A program made the translations under genes and the position numbers. Of a stretch of 64,000 nt of DNA, positions 11,901 to 21,086 are shown in pieces. The notes beneath the pieces are model-generated. The model was not told the origin of the DNA and searched no databases. It worked only from the letters and a program-made list of their open reading frames with translations. The stretch is taken from the NCBI GenBank assembly GCA_000165345.1, contig CM000436.1, positions 800,001-864,000 of the forward strand, given 5' to 3'. Each line of letters begins with the position of its first letter. The first letter of the stretch is position 1.

Positions 11901-12042
11901 TAAAAAAAAGTCATCTTCATCATATGATAAAGTTCCAGAATCTGTTAAAAAGCTCAATGATGAAAAAATTGATCAGCTTGTTTCTACCATTGATGCACTT
12001 AGAGTCGCGCATTCAAATATAGAGAGCCTCATCAATCAATAG
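8914..12042 (+). CDS. Valyl-tRNA synthetase (class I)
   Basis: The HIGH region reads PPPNVTGRLHLGH and the KMSKS region reads RKMSKSLGNVIDP. The catalytic, editing and anticodon-binding architecture is typical of ValRS. The ORF of 1042 aa has no internal stops. Confidence 0.92.
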   Translation: MATDKFKLFADFLKDKPSLKHEMPLSYNPSEVESHWDAIWCESKIYLPNFERASNLPFENKFVIALPPPNVTGRLHLGHTLTAAIQDSLCRYNRLIGKEVLWIPGTDHAGIATQTVVERIIHQTDNVTRHDLGRDNFLKKVWEWKEKHGSAICSQFRRLGCSLDWSREFFTLDENMSKAVNNAFIQLFNQGYIFRKTRLVSWCSYLRTALSDIEVDLLEVNKPSRIRIPGYEKTVEVGVLWHFSYPLEQHGQTHEWHFMPENITNIEKITVATTRIETMLGDVAIAVNPKDNRYKSLIGKYCLHPFIKDRKIIIIADEHVDPEFGTGCVKITPAHDKNDFEIASRYNEKHKSEPLFEKLKFISVFTNDGNIGPGFGIFSGIHRFKCRELVEKELEKIKLLVEKTPNSKAMQIPICSRSNDIVELFLIPQWWMNCKPFAEKACKAVKNHELQIEPKFHEQTWFYWLENIQDWCISRQLWWGHRIPAYKIISSKLNSTEEIWVAAKDEETAIKEAIQKYGLSECDFHVERDSDVLDTWFSSGLIPFSPLGWPDEVNQKTKLNDLSTFFPTTLLETGSDILFFWVARMVMLSFACTDKLPFKTIYLHAMVRDSQGRKMSKSLGNVIDPIEIIEGISLDDLNKKLDQGNLPLQEIKKSKENNLKDFPDGIPECGADALRIGLLAYTKQGRNINLDTKRVVAYRHFCNKLWNACKFAFGNIENVANHMKQNFEAITINELFSNHSEDLLWEDYYILYRLMVCINCVKESFDNFLFSDVVTATYNFWLYELCDVYLELIKSRFKNIESSFRYAYTAAQVLSICIEYGLVLLHPLTPFVTEELYQRFKQVTRSSIISSISTSEFPQIFVHNGLISSRDHEFKKMMNIVTKIRSLTAILGISNKDKINIKVHVVYNGTDLEYIDLISNVAAAFVTKLSQIGGTMVLLNPSIDEIDELKKNCLLDIVDEKTVYYLKPPEFVDLSIALKKIEKQIDSNVKSLESYNKKKSSSSYDKVPESVKKLNDEKIDQLVSTIDALRVAHSNIESLINQ

Positions 12043-12117
12043 CATGTAATTACTTTTGCAAAAAGGGTATTGTTGCAATTAATTAATTAATTAAACAGAA
12101 TGAAAATAAAGCAAAAT

Positions 12118-12127
12118 ATGGCGCCTA
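12118..12127. promoter_or_regulatory. E2F-like GC box (aTGGCGCCta) in the spacer between ValRS and the UTP4-like gene
   Basis: A GGCGCC core sits in an otherwise more than 75% AT intergenic region. Similar copies occur at 1649-1655 (GGCGCCA), 7854-7859, 43805-43810, 22655-22663 (TCGCGCCAC) and 20275-20285 (TTTTGGCGCAA). Confidence 0.4.
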
Positions 12128-12273
12128 GTTTATTTACCCCGCTCTCCCGTGGAGCGCACCATAAACATCAATTTTAGACTAGATAATAATAGTAATCGAT
12201 AAATTGAGAGATAGGAGGAATTAATCTTTTTTTTATATGAAATTGTTGTTTCTACACTCTATTTGTTAATAAT

Positions 12274-15093
12274 ATGGAAGCTTTAGAATGCCAACTCTTT
12301 ATTGAAAGCAAAAATCAGGAAATTGAGTGTCTGGCAGTAACTCCTAATGGTTACTTTTGTGCTGTTGCCCAAAAAGAAGGAAGTATTACCATTTTTGATA
12401 CAATTACTTTTCATTCATGGCTGAAGATTCTAAGTATTGAGCAATATTCTTTGAGGAGTTTATTCTTTTTGAAAAAATCTAATTCAGATCTTGGGTTTCA
12501 AAATTCTCAATTAATCGACAGTAATTCATTTTTAGAAAATGAAAATTTGAGTGAAACTGATAGTGACTGTACTAATACTACAGCATGCACATCTCCTGCT
12601 AAATCTCCTTTGAGAAAATCTCTACACTCTGTATCTAGCAATTATATTAATATGTCTGATTTGTATAAATACAGACTTGTAGGTTTGGGTCTCGACGGAA
12701 GAATTATCGAGTGGGACTTGAGCACTGGCATGACCTTGGAAACTACTTTTTCTTATGGAGGTGCAATTTTTCAAGGTTCTTTATCTCCATCATGTGAAAA
12801 TTTAGCTTTGGCATGTGCAGATGGATCGATTAAAATGTTTAGTTTATTAAACAATGAACTTTCATTTTCGTATTCATTGCCAAAGCATAGCAATAAGCTC
12901 CTTTCAATTACATTTCTAAATGAAAATACAATAATAGCAGGATCTAGCGATGGAATAATTCTAGAATATAATCTGGAAACAAGAATGTGCATTAATAAGA
13001 TGTCGGTATGCACTGGTAAAAAATCAACTGATAAAAGAAATTCAAAAAATGTATCAATATGGTGCTTAGTGACTCTAGAGTCTGATAATATTTTATTTAG
13101 CGGAGATTCAAATGGAACTGTGGTAGTTTGGGATCTAATCACCTACACGGCAATAAATACATTTAAGCATCACCATGGAGATGTTCTAACGCTTTCAAAA
13201 CTCGGAAATATTAGCACTAAAGCCTCAGATACTACTATTGTTTCAACTGGAATTGATGGGCGTGTGGTAACATATATTAATACAAAAAACTTTGACCATT
13301 CTGAGAAATCTGGAAAGTGGCTTCCTAGTTCATTTTGTTATCCGCATTCATCTTCTATAGGTTCAGTTGCAACCGTAGCTATACCCCAAATAAATGGGCC
13401 ATTAGCCTTATCTGGAACCTGGGATGGAAAATTGATTATTTGGTTGACTCTTGAGCGCAGTAAAAAGAATTCTAACAATGATTACGAATTTGTATCTACT
13501 TCTTCGAAGCTCAAATTCTTGGCTCTTCCTACAGGAGTATTAAAAAACCCACAAAATATTCACATAGCAGAAAGTGAACGTTTAATACTTCACCAAAGTT
13601 TAAGAAATCTTGAATTATGGTTCATTTCAGATCCCGAAATAACTAGCATTAAATCAGGTTCCGGAAAAATTTTGATAAACCCATTTCAAATTACTTATAG
13701 TAAATTAAATAATATATGCTCAAATATCACTGATAACGATAAAAATGTCTCTAATTTAGTTCCAGTGCAACCAATCAAATTATTAGACATTAAACTTTCC
13801 AACAAAAAAAATGAAATTATTGTTTGCAGTGCCTTAAGCATAGACGGAGATTATATTGTAAGTTCATTTTCTGACTCTGGAATAAGAGCATTGCATATTG
13901 ATCTGCAAAGCCTAAATATTAATAATGTTCAACTTGAATCTTGCAACAATGTGATTGCTACCTGCATGAAATTTCTAACAAATACCGTTTTAATTATTGG
14001 TGGTTTTTTCATGCAAGATTGCAAGAATAACCCAAAAATAAGTCCAAAAATTTTTATTATTGACATCGAAAGAGATATTATTATTTATTCTTTAGAACTT
14101 AAACATCGGATTAATAATGAATATTCTAGAATTGGGAAAATAACTGAATTAAGTATTTCCTCAGATAATCAATGGCTTGCGGTGTTAACAAGTTTTGGTA
14201 ATACTTTTATTATTGACCTTGATTCATTTAAATTGGAAGCGGATCTAACAAATTTAGAAAGCGAAGTTTTTGATCCTTTCTCAAAAAATAATTATTCTAC
14301 ACCAATTGCTTCTATATCTTTCAATAATCGTGATAGTGATATTGTTTCTGTTATGATGTCCGACGGAAAGTATTACTTTTATTCGATAAGGTTGAAAAAA
14401 ACTATACCGAAGGAATACCTAAGAAATCATAAAGATTTCACAGATAAATCATCGAATATCTATAAAGTTCCTAAAAAGAAATATTCTCCAATTTTGCATG
14501 GACCGATATTGAATATTAAATGGATTATGCTGTATGATTGTGATTCAAAAGAAGATGAGTACAATATTCAAGATGTTATAATTATGAATACAATTGAAAA
14601 TACAAGTTACATTTATCTAAATAACTATGAAGAAGCAAATAATAACAAATATAACAAAACAAAAATCGATCCTCTCGAATCGAAACAAATAGAGAAAGAT
14701 CTTTGCGGTCCAGTATATAAATTACCAAGATTTAAAAAGATCGATGCATTTACATGTAATTATAAATTTTTCCCCGAAAGATCAATTGAGTTTTCTAGTT
14801 ATTTTAATAAAGCCAAATTTTTGCTTGATAGCAACTTAAATAAAGACTTTTCCAAAAGAGATTTATGTGAAAATTTTCTTTTTAATAATAAACTAATTTA
14901 CGGTTTATTTTACACAAATTCCACAAAGTGGCTTTCTTTATTAAAGAAGGGAGTTGGCTTGAGACAGAAAAAGTCACAAAAAAGTCAAATGAATGGTTGT
15001 TTGATTATCTTAACATGTAAATGTACTAACACAAAAGGTAATGAATACAATTCGGAGATTACGGTTAACAATAGAAGAAAATATGGCGAATAG
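12274..15093 (+). CDS. WD40-repeat protein, UTP4/cirhin-like (SSU processome / U3 snoRNP component)
   Basis: Multiple WD repeats are present. The segments GLDGRIIEWDLSTG...ALACADGSIKMFSL, SDGIILEYNLETRMCINKMSV and GDSNGTVVVWDL resemble the cirhin/UTP4 repeat arrangement. The long C-terminal extension is not conserved. Confidence 0.5.
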   Translation: MEALECQLFIESKNQEIECLAVTPNGYFCAVAQKEGSITIFDTITFHSWLKILSIEQYSLRSLFFLKKSNSDLGFQNSQLIDSNSFLENENLSETDSDCTNTTACTSPAKSPLRKSLHSVSSNYINMSDLYKYRLVGLGLDGRIIEWDLSTGMTLETTFSYGGAIFQGSLSPSCENLALACADGSIKMFSLLNNELSFSYSLPKHSNKLLSITFLNENTIIAGSSDGIILEYNLETRMCINKMSVCTGKKSTDKRNSKNVSIWCLVTLESDNILFSGDSNGTVVVWDLITYTAINTFKHHHGDVLTLSKLGNISTKASDTTIVSTGIDGRVVTYINTKNFDHSEKSGKWLPSSFCYPHSSSIGSVATVAIPQINGPLALSGTWDGKLIIWLTLERSKKNSNNDYEFVSTSSKLKFLALPTGVLKNPQNIHIAESERLILHQSLRNLELWFISDPEITSIKSGSGKILINPFQITYSKLNNICSNITDNDKNVSNLVPVQPIKLLDIKLSNKKNEIIVCSALSIDGDYIVSSFSDSGIRALHIDLQSLNINNVQLESCNNVIATCMKFLTNTVLIIGGFFMQDCKNNPKISPKIFIIDIERDIIIYSLELKHRINNEYSRIGKITELSISSDNQWLAVLTSFGNTFIIDLDSFKLEADLTNLESEVFDPFSKNNYSTPIASISFNNRDSDIVSVMMSDGKYYFYSIRLKKTIPKEYLRNHKDFTDKSSNIYKVPKKKYSPILHGPILNIKWIMLYDCDSKEDEYNIQDVIIMNTIENTSYIYLNNYEEANNNKYNKTKIDPLESKQIEKDLCGPVYKLPRFKKIDAFTCNYKFFPERSIEFSSYFNKAKFLLDSNLNKDFSKRDLCENFLFNNKLIYGLFYTNSTKWLSLLKKGVGLRQKKSQKSQMNGCLIILTCKCTNTKGNEYNSEITVNNRRKYGE

Positions 15094-15156
15094 CTTTTAA
15101 TATTCATTAGTTTCCAACACAATTTTCTATTAATTATTTTTGAATTAAATGTATTA

Positions 15157-16137
15157 TTAGTTTTTTTCTGTTTCAGTAGAATTCTTTGGGTTATTTAAAA
15201 TGAGGGATGTTGACATAGAGTTGAACTCGGACACAAAACTTTCATTTTGAGAATCTAATTTCTCAAACTTTAATATTGAATATTGAAAACTTTTGATTGA
15301 ATTGAAATTACTTTTGAATTCTTTCATTCTAACATTTGGATCTGTTGTCTCATCTTCATGTGGTTTGTTTCCTGTTATGTACTCTGGGTTTATTCTTATA
15401 ATTACGGGGAAACTAATTGCTTCTTGATTTGCCTCCTTATTTTCCGTTTCTTGACTTCTAATCGGTATAAATGGATTAATATATGGATGCTCATTAGAAT
15501 AATTTTTAGTTATCCTTCTAGCAAACAGACGGCTATTTTTTTTAGAAGACTGAGATTCATCGTAATTTGAAGATTCTTCCTCTGTTATGGCATTATCATT
15601 TAGCGCAAGTTTTGAATCCAAAGAAGTTGTTCCATTATAAAGGTTTGGTTCTTGATTAAATGAGAAAAAAAATGGACCATTAAGTTCAGTAGCCGGATAT
15701 CTCCTTGAGTGATAAATATCATTGTTAATCTTTTTTGTCTCATTTGCAGTTCCTGAATGAATTTCTTTCTCAGTTTTATTTAAAGTATCATTTTCTTCTG
15801 CTATTAATTTTAAGCCAAAGTGGGTTTGAAAACTTGCAGATTTTATTAAATTTTGTTTATTTGCTGTTTCTATTTCTGATTCTAAATAATTTGGACTATA
15901 GCCACTATTCAAAGTTTTATTTTTGTCTTCGTGTATTTGTATCGACACTTTCATTGAAACTTGGAATAGTCTCTGGTAGTATTTCTGAATCCATTATGGC
16001 TAAAGTTTACAGATTCCTTCTTCACTGACGGGGTTTAATTCTTTAATCAGGTTAATATGAGATCCTAAGGTATATCCATATATAACAGATAAAATAGATA
16101 TTATGGAGAATAATTTAAAAAATGACAATAGTTTCAT
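15157..16137 (-). CDS. Secreted low-complexity protein rich in N-glycosylation sequons (NxT/S). Two-exon model: exon 1 16137..16030 (signal peptide), intron 16029..15985, exon 2 15984..15157.
   Basis: On the minus strand an ATG at 16137 encodes MKLLSFFKLFSIISILSVIYG (signal peptide)...KELNP. A GTCAGT donor and a TTCAG acceptor define a 45-nt intron. The frame then continues into the 266-aa ORF 15157..15954 (KYYQRLFQVSMKVSIQ...). The donor is non-canonical at position +3, so the splice is uncertain. Confidence 0.35.
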
Positions 16138-16746
16138 ATTTATTATAGTAGCCAGTTATTGCCATTTTCTTTTGTTTCGTGTGATTATATTCGAGTGCAA
16201 TAAATGTGTGAATTATAACGGAAAAATGATTTATTACAAACTAAATAAAGAACAGGATGAGTTATTCTAGTCTATTCTTTTATTTCTCCTTTGAAATTCC
16301 GAAATGAATGTAATATATTAATAAAAAAAAAAAAAAAATAAATAAATAATAAACAAATTATATTTATAAATATATTTAATGATAATTAATAGATATAATT
16401 AAGTGTTTAGCATAGTCAAATAAGCAAATCTAACTAATTTTACTAATATTTGTAATATTTTTTTTTCTTATTAAATTGTATTTTTTGTTTTAATTAATAA
16501 AATTAAGATCTTCATTAAAGTGTGTAAGCGCGTGTTAGCACTACACACAATGATATTAAATAATTAAAGGGTGAGAGAATTGACTAAATCGATAGTTAAG
16601 TTGAACAATATTGATTTAATTCTTGGAAATAGGAGCACTTCTCATATTTCCCAAAATAGCTGAAGGAATAGCTGTATTCAGGGAAGAAAATTCTTTTAAA
16701 TAGATAGAATTATCCGTTTTATTAATTTAAACTCCAAGTATGAATA

Positions 16747-18303
16747 ATGACAGAACAGAATAATGATTTAGATTTCAAAGATGACAATATCAAAGATTTG
16801 CAAAGAAAGGAGGATTTAGAGGCAAATATAATTTCTCAAAACTACAGTATAAAAATTAGAGATACATCAAGAAATATGAGTTATACGAATAATAGAAGAG
16901 ATGAAATTTTCATGCAGTTACAAACAGAATTGTTTGATATTCTTTTAGAGATTTATAACATAATTCCTACATGGGGCTCATTTAAAGAAAACTTCTATTT
17001 TCATTGGAAGAGAATTATTGGTGCCTGCAATTTCAAAGATCTTCATGCATATAGGCTAATTTTTAGATGCTTGGGAAATTTACGCCCTTCTTCAATGCCT
17101 ATATTTATTCTAAGGCCAATAATTAAACAGCTAGATGAGTATAGAAAAATTTCAGAGCCTGAATATTCTCCATCTAATTTTGAATTTAACCCAAATATAC
17201 ACAGGAGCTTAGCTACAACTTCTAATGGCCCAATTGCCATGCTACAAAATTCACATCCCGTTAAAACATGTGCCCAAATTCAAAGTAAAAAAGAAATATT
17301 GCTTGAAGATAAAATAGGACGAGATTTTTTCTCCGATAAATGTAATTCTAGCTTTTTTCATGAAATTATTAAAGAAAATGCAAAATATTCAGGATTAGTA
17401 TTATCAGGATTAAATGAAGCAAATGTCATTCCATTTTCGTTACTAGAAAATGATATATTCAACTCTGTGCCGTCACAAAATAATAGTAATCTAATTGATA
17501 ATATCTACAATTCAATAAATAAGAATTTCTATTTTTCGATAACTAGACAACAAAACGGTAGTTTTACAAATGATAATGAAAAATTAGCCGAAGACAAGAA
17601 GATAAAAAATGAGCTAATTGATAGAAAGGAGCACATTCTTTCGGACGATTATAATTCTAATGAATTTATTAATAATTCATTGGTTATTTCGAATAATTGG
17701 AATTCAAACTCTGCAGTCTCTTCGCCTTATGGTTCGGTTTGCACTGCACCAACACTTTCACCTACAGAATATAAAATTGAAGGGCCTATAATGGCAGCTT
17801 TTCAACATATTCAAGCAGTAGCAGTTGCAACAGCAGTTGCAAATAATTCTAAAAACAAACTAAACTCCGCAGGTAATTTATCAAACGAACAAAATACAAT
17901 ACAACCAAAGAAAAGACCGAGGAGGAATGGTGAGATTCAAGGGGTATATTTCGACAAAATACGCAAACTTTGGCGTGCAAACTGGAAAGAAAATGGACGT
18001 GTAAAAACAAAAGGGTTTTCAGTTTTTCAATTTGGAGATGAGGGCGCAAGACAAAAAGCTATTGAATATCGTAAGAAAATGGAAAAAGAATTCTATGTCG
18101 TGCCTAATACAAAGCTTTCTAGAAGTTCAAGCAATAGTGGAACTATCTATATTAATACAGAAAAGACGTTTCAAAACAGTATCTCACCTAAAAAAAAAGA
18201 TATTGAACTTAGTTCAAATTTAAATAACACTTTGAGCAGTTCAAAGCTAAACTCTGAAAACACAAAATTATCAGAAAACACCAACTCTAATTTTAACAAT
18301 TAA
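16747..18303 (+). CDS. ApiAP2 transcription factor (single AP2 domain near the C-terminus)
   Basis: The AP2/ERF-like domain reads RPRRNGEIQGVYFDKIRKLWRANWKENGRVKTKGFSVFQFGDEGARQKAIEYRKKMEKEF. The rest of the protein is low-complexity and N-rich, as is typical of apicomplexan AP2 factors. Confidence 0.8.
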   Translation: MTEQNNDLDFKDDNIKDLQRKEDLEANIISQNYSIKIRDTSRNMSYTNNRRDEIFMQLQTELFDILLEIYNIIPTWGSFKENFYFHWKRIIGACNFKDLHAYRLIFRCLGNLRPSSMPIFILRPIIKQLDEYRKISEPEYSPSNFEFNPNIHRSLATTSNGPIAMLQNSHPVKTCAQIQSKKEILLEDKIGRDFFSDKCNSSFFHEIIKENAKYSGLVLSGLNEANVIPFSLLENDIFNSVPSQNNSNLIDNIYNSINKNFYFSITRQQNGSFTNDNEKLAEDKKIKNELIDRKEHILSDDYNSNEFINNSLVISNNWNSNSAVSSPYGSVCTAPTLSPTEYKIEGPIMAAFQHIQAVAVATAVANNSKNKLNSAGNLSNEQNTIQPKKRPRRNGEIQGVYFDKIRKLWRANWKENGRVKTKGFSVFQFGDEGARQKAIEYRKKMEKEFYVVPNTKLSRSSSNSGTIYINTEKTFQNSISPKKKDIELSSNLNNTLSSSKLNSENTKLSENTNSNFNN

Positions 18304-18480
18304 ATTATAATTATATTTGGAAACATTAAGTATATAAAAATACTAGTTTTCTTTTTCTAATTTGTAAGAAATATCTATGTTTGAGGTTTGAATACTTTCC
18401 ATTATGAAATGGTTTTAGTTGGGAGTGTGCCTACCAATCCACTTTTGCGGAATTAATAATAAAAGAGTTCATATTTCAAC

Positions 18481-19078
18481 TTACGAAATGCCTGTGTGAG
18501 CACGCAAAATTTCATCAGTTGTTTTCCAAATTTTAGTGGTTAGTTGCTTCAATAATTCCTCTGCTTCCTCCTAAAATTTGTCATATAAAAATGTTGCTAA
18601 ATTTGATTACTTACCGGTGTGGGAGTATCTTCTTGACCTTCTGAGTTCTGGTTCAACTCCTCGCTCTCGTTGTCCTCTTGATCGTCATCATTCTCAATAT
18701 CATTAGACGACTGTATCAGCAGCAGCCTAAAAGCCAATAAATCGATTTGGTAATGAGTGAAAACTCACCTTTTATTATTGAATAAATTAGATAAATCTTG
18801 AATATCGTTTTCCAATTCTCCCAATGAAATGAAAGCTTGAAGTTTCTCTGCATTATAAAAATAAGGTTTCTTTCGCACAATATTCACGAATCCTTACCTT
18901 GTAAATGCGATTCTGGAGCTTGAACAAGAATCTCTCTCATTTTATTAACTGTTGACTTCAATTCTTCAACAATATTCGAGGTCCCTGCAATTGGTTCAAT
19001 TTTGCCAGGGGCTGCAGAAGAAAGTGAAAATATTATACAAAGAATAGTTAAAAAAAAGACTCTCATATCAAATGTCAT
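18481..19078 (-). CDS. Small secreted acidic protein of about 156 aa, four exons: 19078..18898, 18847..18769, 18726..18615, 18570..18481 (stop TAA at 18483..18481)
   Basis: Exon 1 (track ORF 18884..19078) encodes the signal peptide MTFDMRVFFLTILCIIFSLSSAAP and ends at CAAG|GTAAGG. Three introns of 50, 42 and 44 nt follow, with GTAAGG, GTGAGT and GTAAGT donors and AG acceptors. The frame is maintained across all junctions, giving ...ESHLQ/EKLQAFISLGELENDIQDLSNLFNNK/RLLLIQSSNDIENDDDQEDNESEELNQNSEGQEDTPTP/EEAEELLKQLTTKIWKTTDEILRAHTGIS*. Confidence 0.55.
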
Positions 19079-19176
19079 TATTTTACTTGTTATTTTAAAA
19101 GTGGTAGTATTAAAATTTCAGTTGCATGCACTTGCATTGCTGTGGGGAGTTGTTAATAATTGCGCATGAAAAAAAT

Positions 19177-20244
19177 TTAGTTAATTTTTGATTGGTAAAT
19201 TATTATATCAACTAATTTTTTAATTCCGATTGAAGATGGCGACTGGGGGAATTTTTCGCAGATAGAGAGACCCAAATCGCATACGTACAGTAATTCTTTA
19301 TCCCATGGTATTTTATTAAGATATTCTACTTCCATATTGTCACACATATCTTTAACTGAAGAATCATGCTCAGCATTTTTAAAAATCATCCCCATATTTT
19401 CAACAACCCCAAGGATATTTAAACCCACTTTCTTACAAAAATTAATTTCCTTCCTAACATCTTGTAGTGCAATTTCTTGCGGAGTGGTTACGATCAGAGC
19501 TCCATTCACATTTGAACCATTTAAATATGAAACTATAGAGAGATGCTCGTCGGAAGTACCTGGAGGAGTATCAATGATTAAGAAGTCTAATTCACCCCAA
19601 ACTACATCTGAAAGGAACTGTTTTATTAACCCATTTTTTTTTGGGCCTCTCCAAATTACAGCATCATCAGATTGAGGAAGTAAAAATGCAGTGGACATAA
19701 CTGAGAGATTATCATTAACATATACTGGGGACCAGCCATTCGCAGAAATGTGTACATCATTGCCTTGCACTCCCATCATTTTTGGTGCGGATGGGCCGCA
19801 AATATCGATATCTAAAAGCCCAACATTAAATTTTTTCGATGATAAACACCATGATATTTGCGAAGATATAGTTGATTTTCCTACACCTCCTTTACCAGAT
19901 AGAACCAAAATAATATTTTTTATTTTTGATAAGTTTTCGATATTCTCTGTAGGCTTTTTCTTTGCTTGTCCAGAAGCACATATTAGTGCATTTGGGCATC
20001 CTGCACAAGAGTCTGCGATTCCTGCATCTGGAGAATCAACTCCTACGCAATTGCCAATTTGAATATTAAAATGATTTTGGTATTTAGAATTAACTGAATC
20101 AGTTTTTATATAAGAAATGGAAAAAATAATAGATTTTAAATAGTTTATTGTTAACCTGGAAAATGTCTTGAAATAATCCTTAAATATAATACCAGATATT
20201 AGTCCACCGAAGAAAATTGCAATTCTATTAGAGGCTATCTTCAT
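19177..20244 (-). CDS. NBP35/Mrp-family P-loop ATPase (cytosolic Fe-S cluster assembly factor) with an N-terminal hydrophobic anchor
   Basis: The protein has an N-terminal CxxC cluster (DSCAGCPNALICASG), a Walker A/deviant P-loop (ILVLSGKGGVGKST), the ParA/Mrp core and a C-terminal CxxC (CPQS...). The first ATG (MKIASNRIAIFFGGLISGIIF) at about 20244 is followed by a hydrophobic segment. The track start at 20286 is TTG. Confidence 0.85.
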   Translation of the reverse strand: MKIASNRIAIFFGGLISGIIFKDYFKTFSRLTINYLKSIIFSISYIKTDSVNSKYQNHFNIQIGNCVGVDSPDAGIADSCAGCPNALICASGQAKKKPTENIENLSKIKNIILVLSGKGGVGKSTISSQISWCLSSKKFNVGLLDIDICGPSAPKMMGVQGNDVHISANGWSPVYVNDNLSVMSTAFLLPQSDDAVIWRGPKKNGLIKQFLSDVVWGELDFLIIDTPPGTSDEHLSIVSYLNGSNVNGALIVTTPQEIALQDVRKEINFCKKVGLNILGVVENMGMIFKNAEHDSSVKDMCDNMEVEYLNKIPWDKELLYVCDLGLSICEKFPQSPSSIGIKKLVDIIIYQSKIN

Positions 20245-20448
20245 AATTGCATTTAAAAGTAAATTTATAACAGAATTTTGGCGCAATAAAATTTCAAAAA
20301 AAATATTATTTCAATTATTATGAGTAGATTAGATAAAGATAAAGAGTTTTCAAGGTGAGTTATAGATATATAGAAAATAGCGTTTTATTCATTATTTTGT
20401 CTTAACTTTCAACTTTATTATTCAGTATTACCTTACCTCTAGGTTTTA

Positions 20449-21070
20449 ATGACATTTATTTATCATCCTTCGGGAGCAACGAGTTTGATACGCAAAGGCC
20501 TTCGGTAAGTTCATAATTCTTAATGTTAAACGTTCATACAATTCATTCTTGATTAAGGGCATTATTGAAATAGGTAAACATAAATTAATATTTGATAAGC
20601 AGAGTGCGGTACCAAGATATAAATTAGAATCGGATTTGGTATGTAGTTTTACCAACAATCTCGAAACAGGGGAATTCAAGAGCAATAAAAAGCCAAATTT
20701 ATCATCTTGGCACAATTTTCATGATCATGAAAAAACAGAGCAAGAAAAGTTCGAGTTGTTGGCTCTGCAATTACGAAATTCTACAGCCCCAGGGAGATTT
20801 TATAAGTCCGAGCATTTAACTAAAAAACAGATAAAGTTTAACTTCGGGGTCGTAATTGACGGAAACAAAATGAAAACTGGCCTATCTGATGATTCTTCAA
20901 CTTATAGATCTAATAAAAAGATATCTGGAATATCTCTTTTACATGAATTAGTCAATAATTCAGAAACCCAAAGATGGACGAATAAAAAGTACTCCGAGAT
21001 ACAAAAAACAAAGCTAAAGGGTGGAAAAAAGTGGTATAGAAAGCAGGTTTTAAAAAGAAATAGATATTAA
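20449..21070 (+). CDS. Hypothetical basic protein. Candidate two-exon model: exon 1 20449..20504, intron 20505..20604, exon 2 20605..21070.
   Basis: The 173-aa ORF 20549..21070 has no ATG at its start. An upstream ATG at 20449 (MTFIYHPSGATSLIRKGL) ends at CG|GTAAGT. An AG at 20603-20604 restores the frame into AVPRYKLESDL.... No family was recognised. Confidence 0.25.
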
Positions 21071-21086
21071 TTAATTAATAGTTTTT

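Noticed and set aside
12100-12170. Possible tRNA in the GC-richer patch atggcgcctagtttatttaccccgctctcccgtggagcgcacc
   Set aside because: No acceptor stem, D-loop or T-loop (GTTCRANYC) consensus and no cloverleaf could be drawn. It is better explained as a GC-box regulatory element.
16138-16746. Mobile element or satellite in the 600-nt AT-only spacer with A16 and AT-dinucleotide runs
   Set aside because: There are no terminal repeats, target-site duplication or coding capacity. It reads as a low-complexity divergent promoter region between the secreted-protein gene and the ApiAP2 gene.
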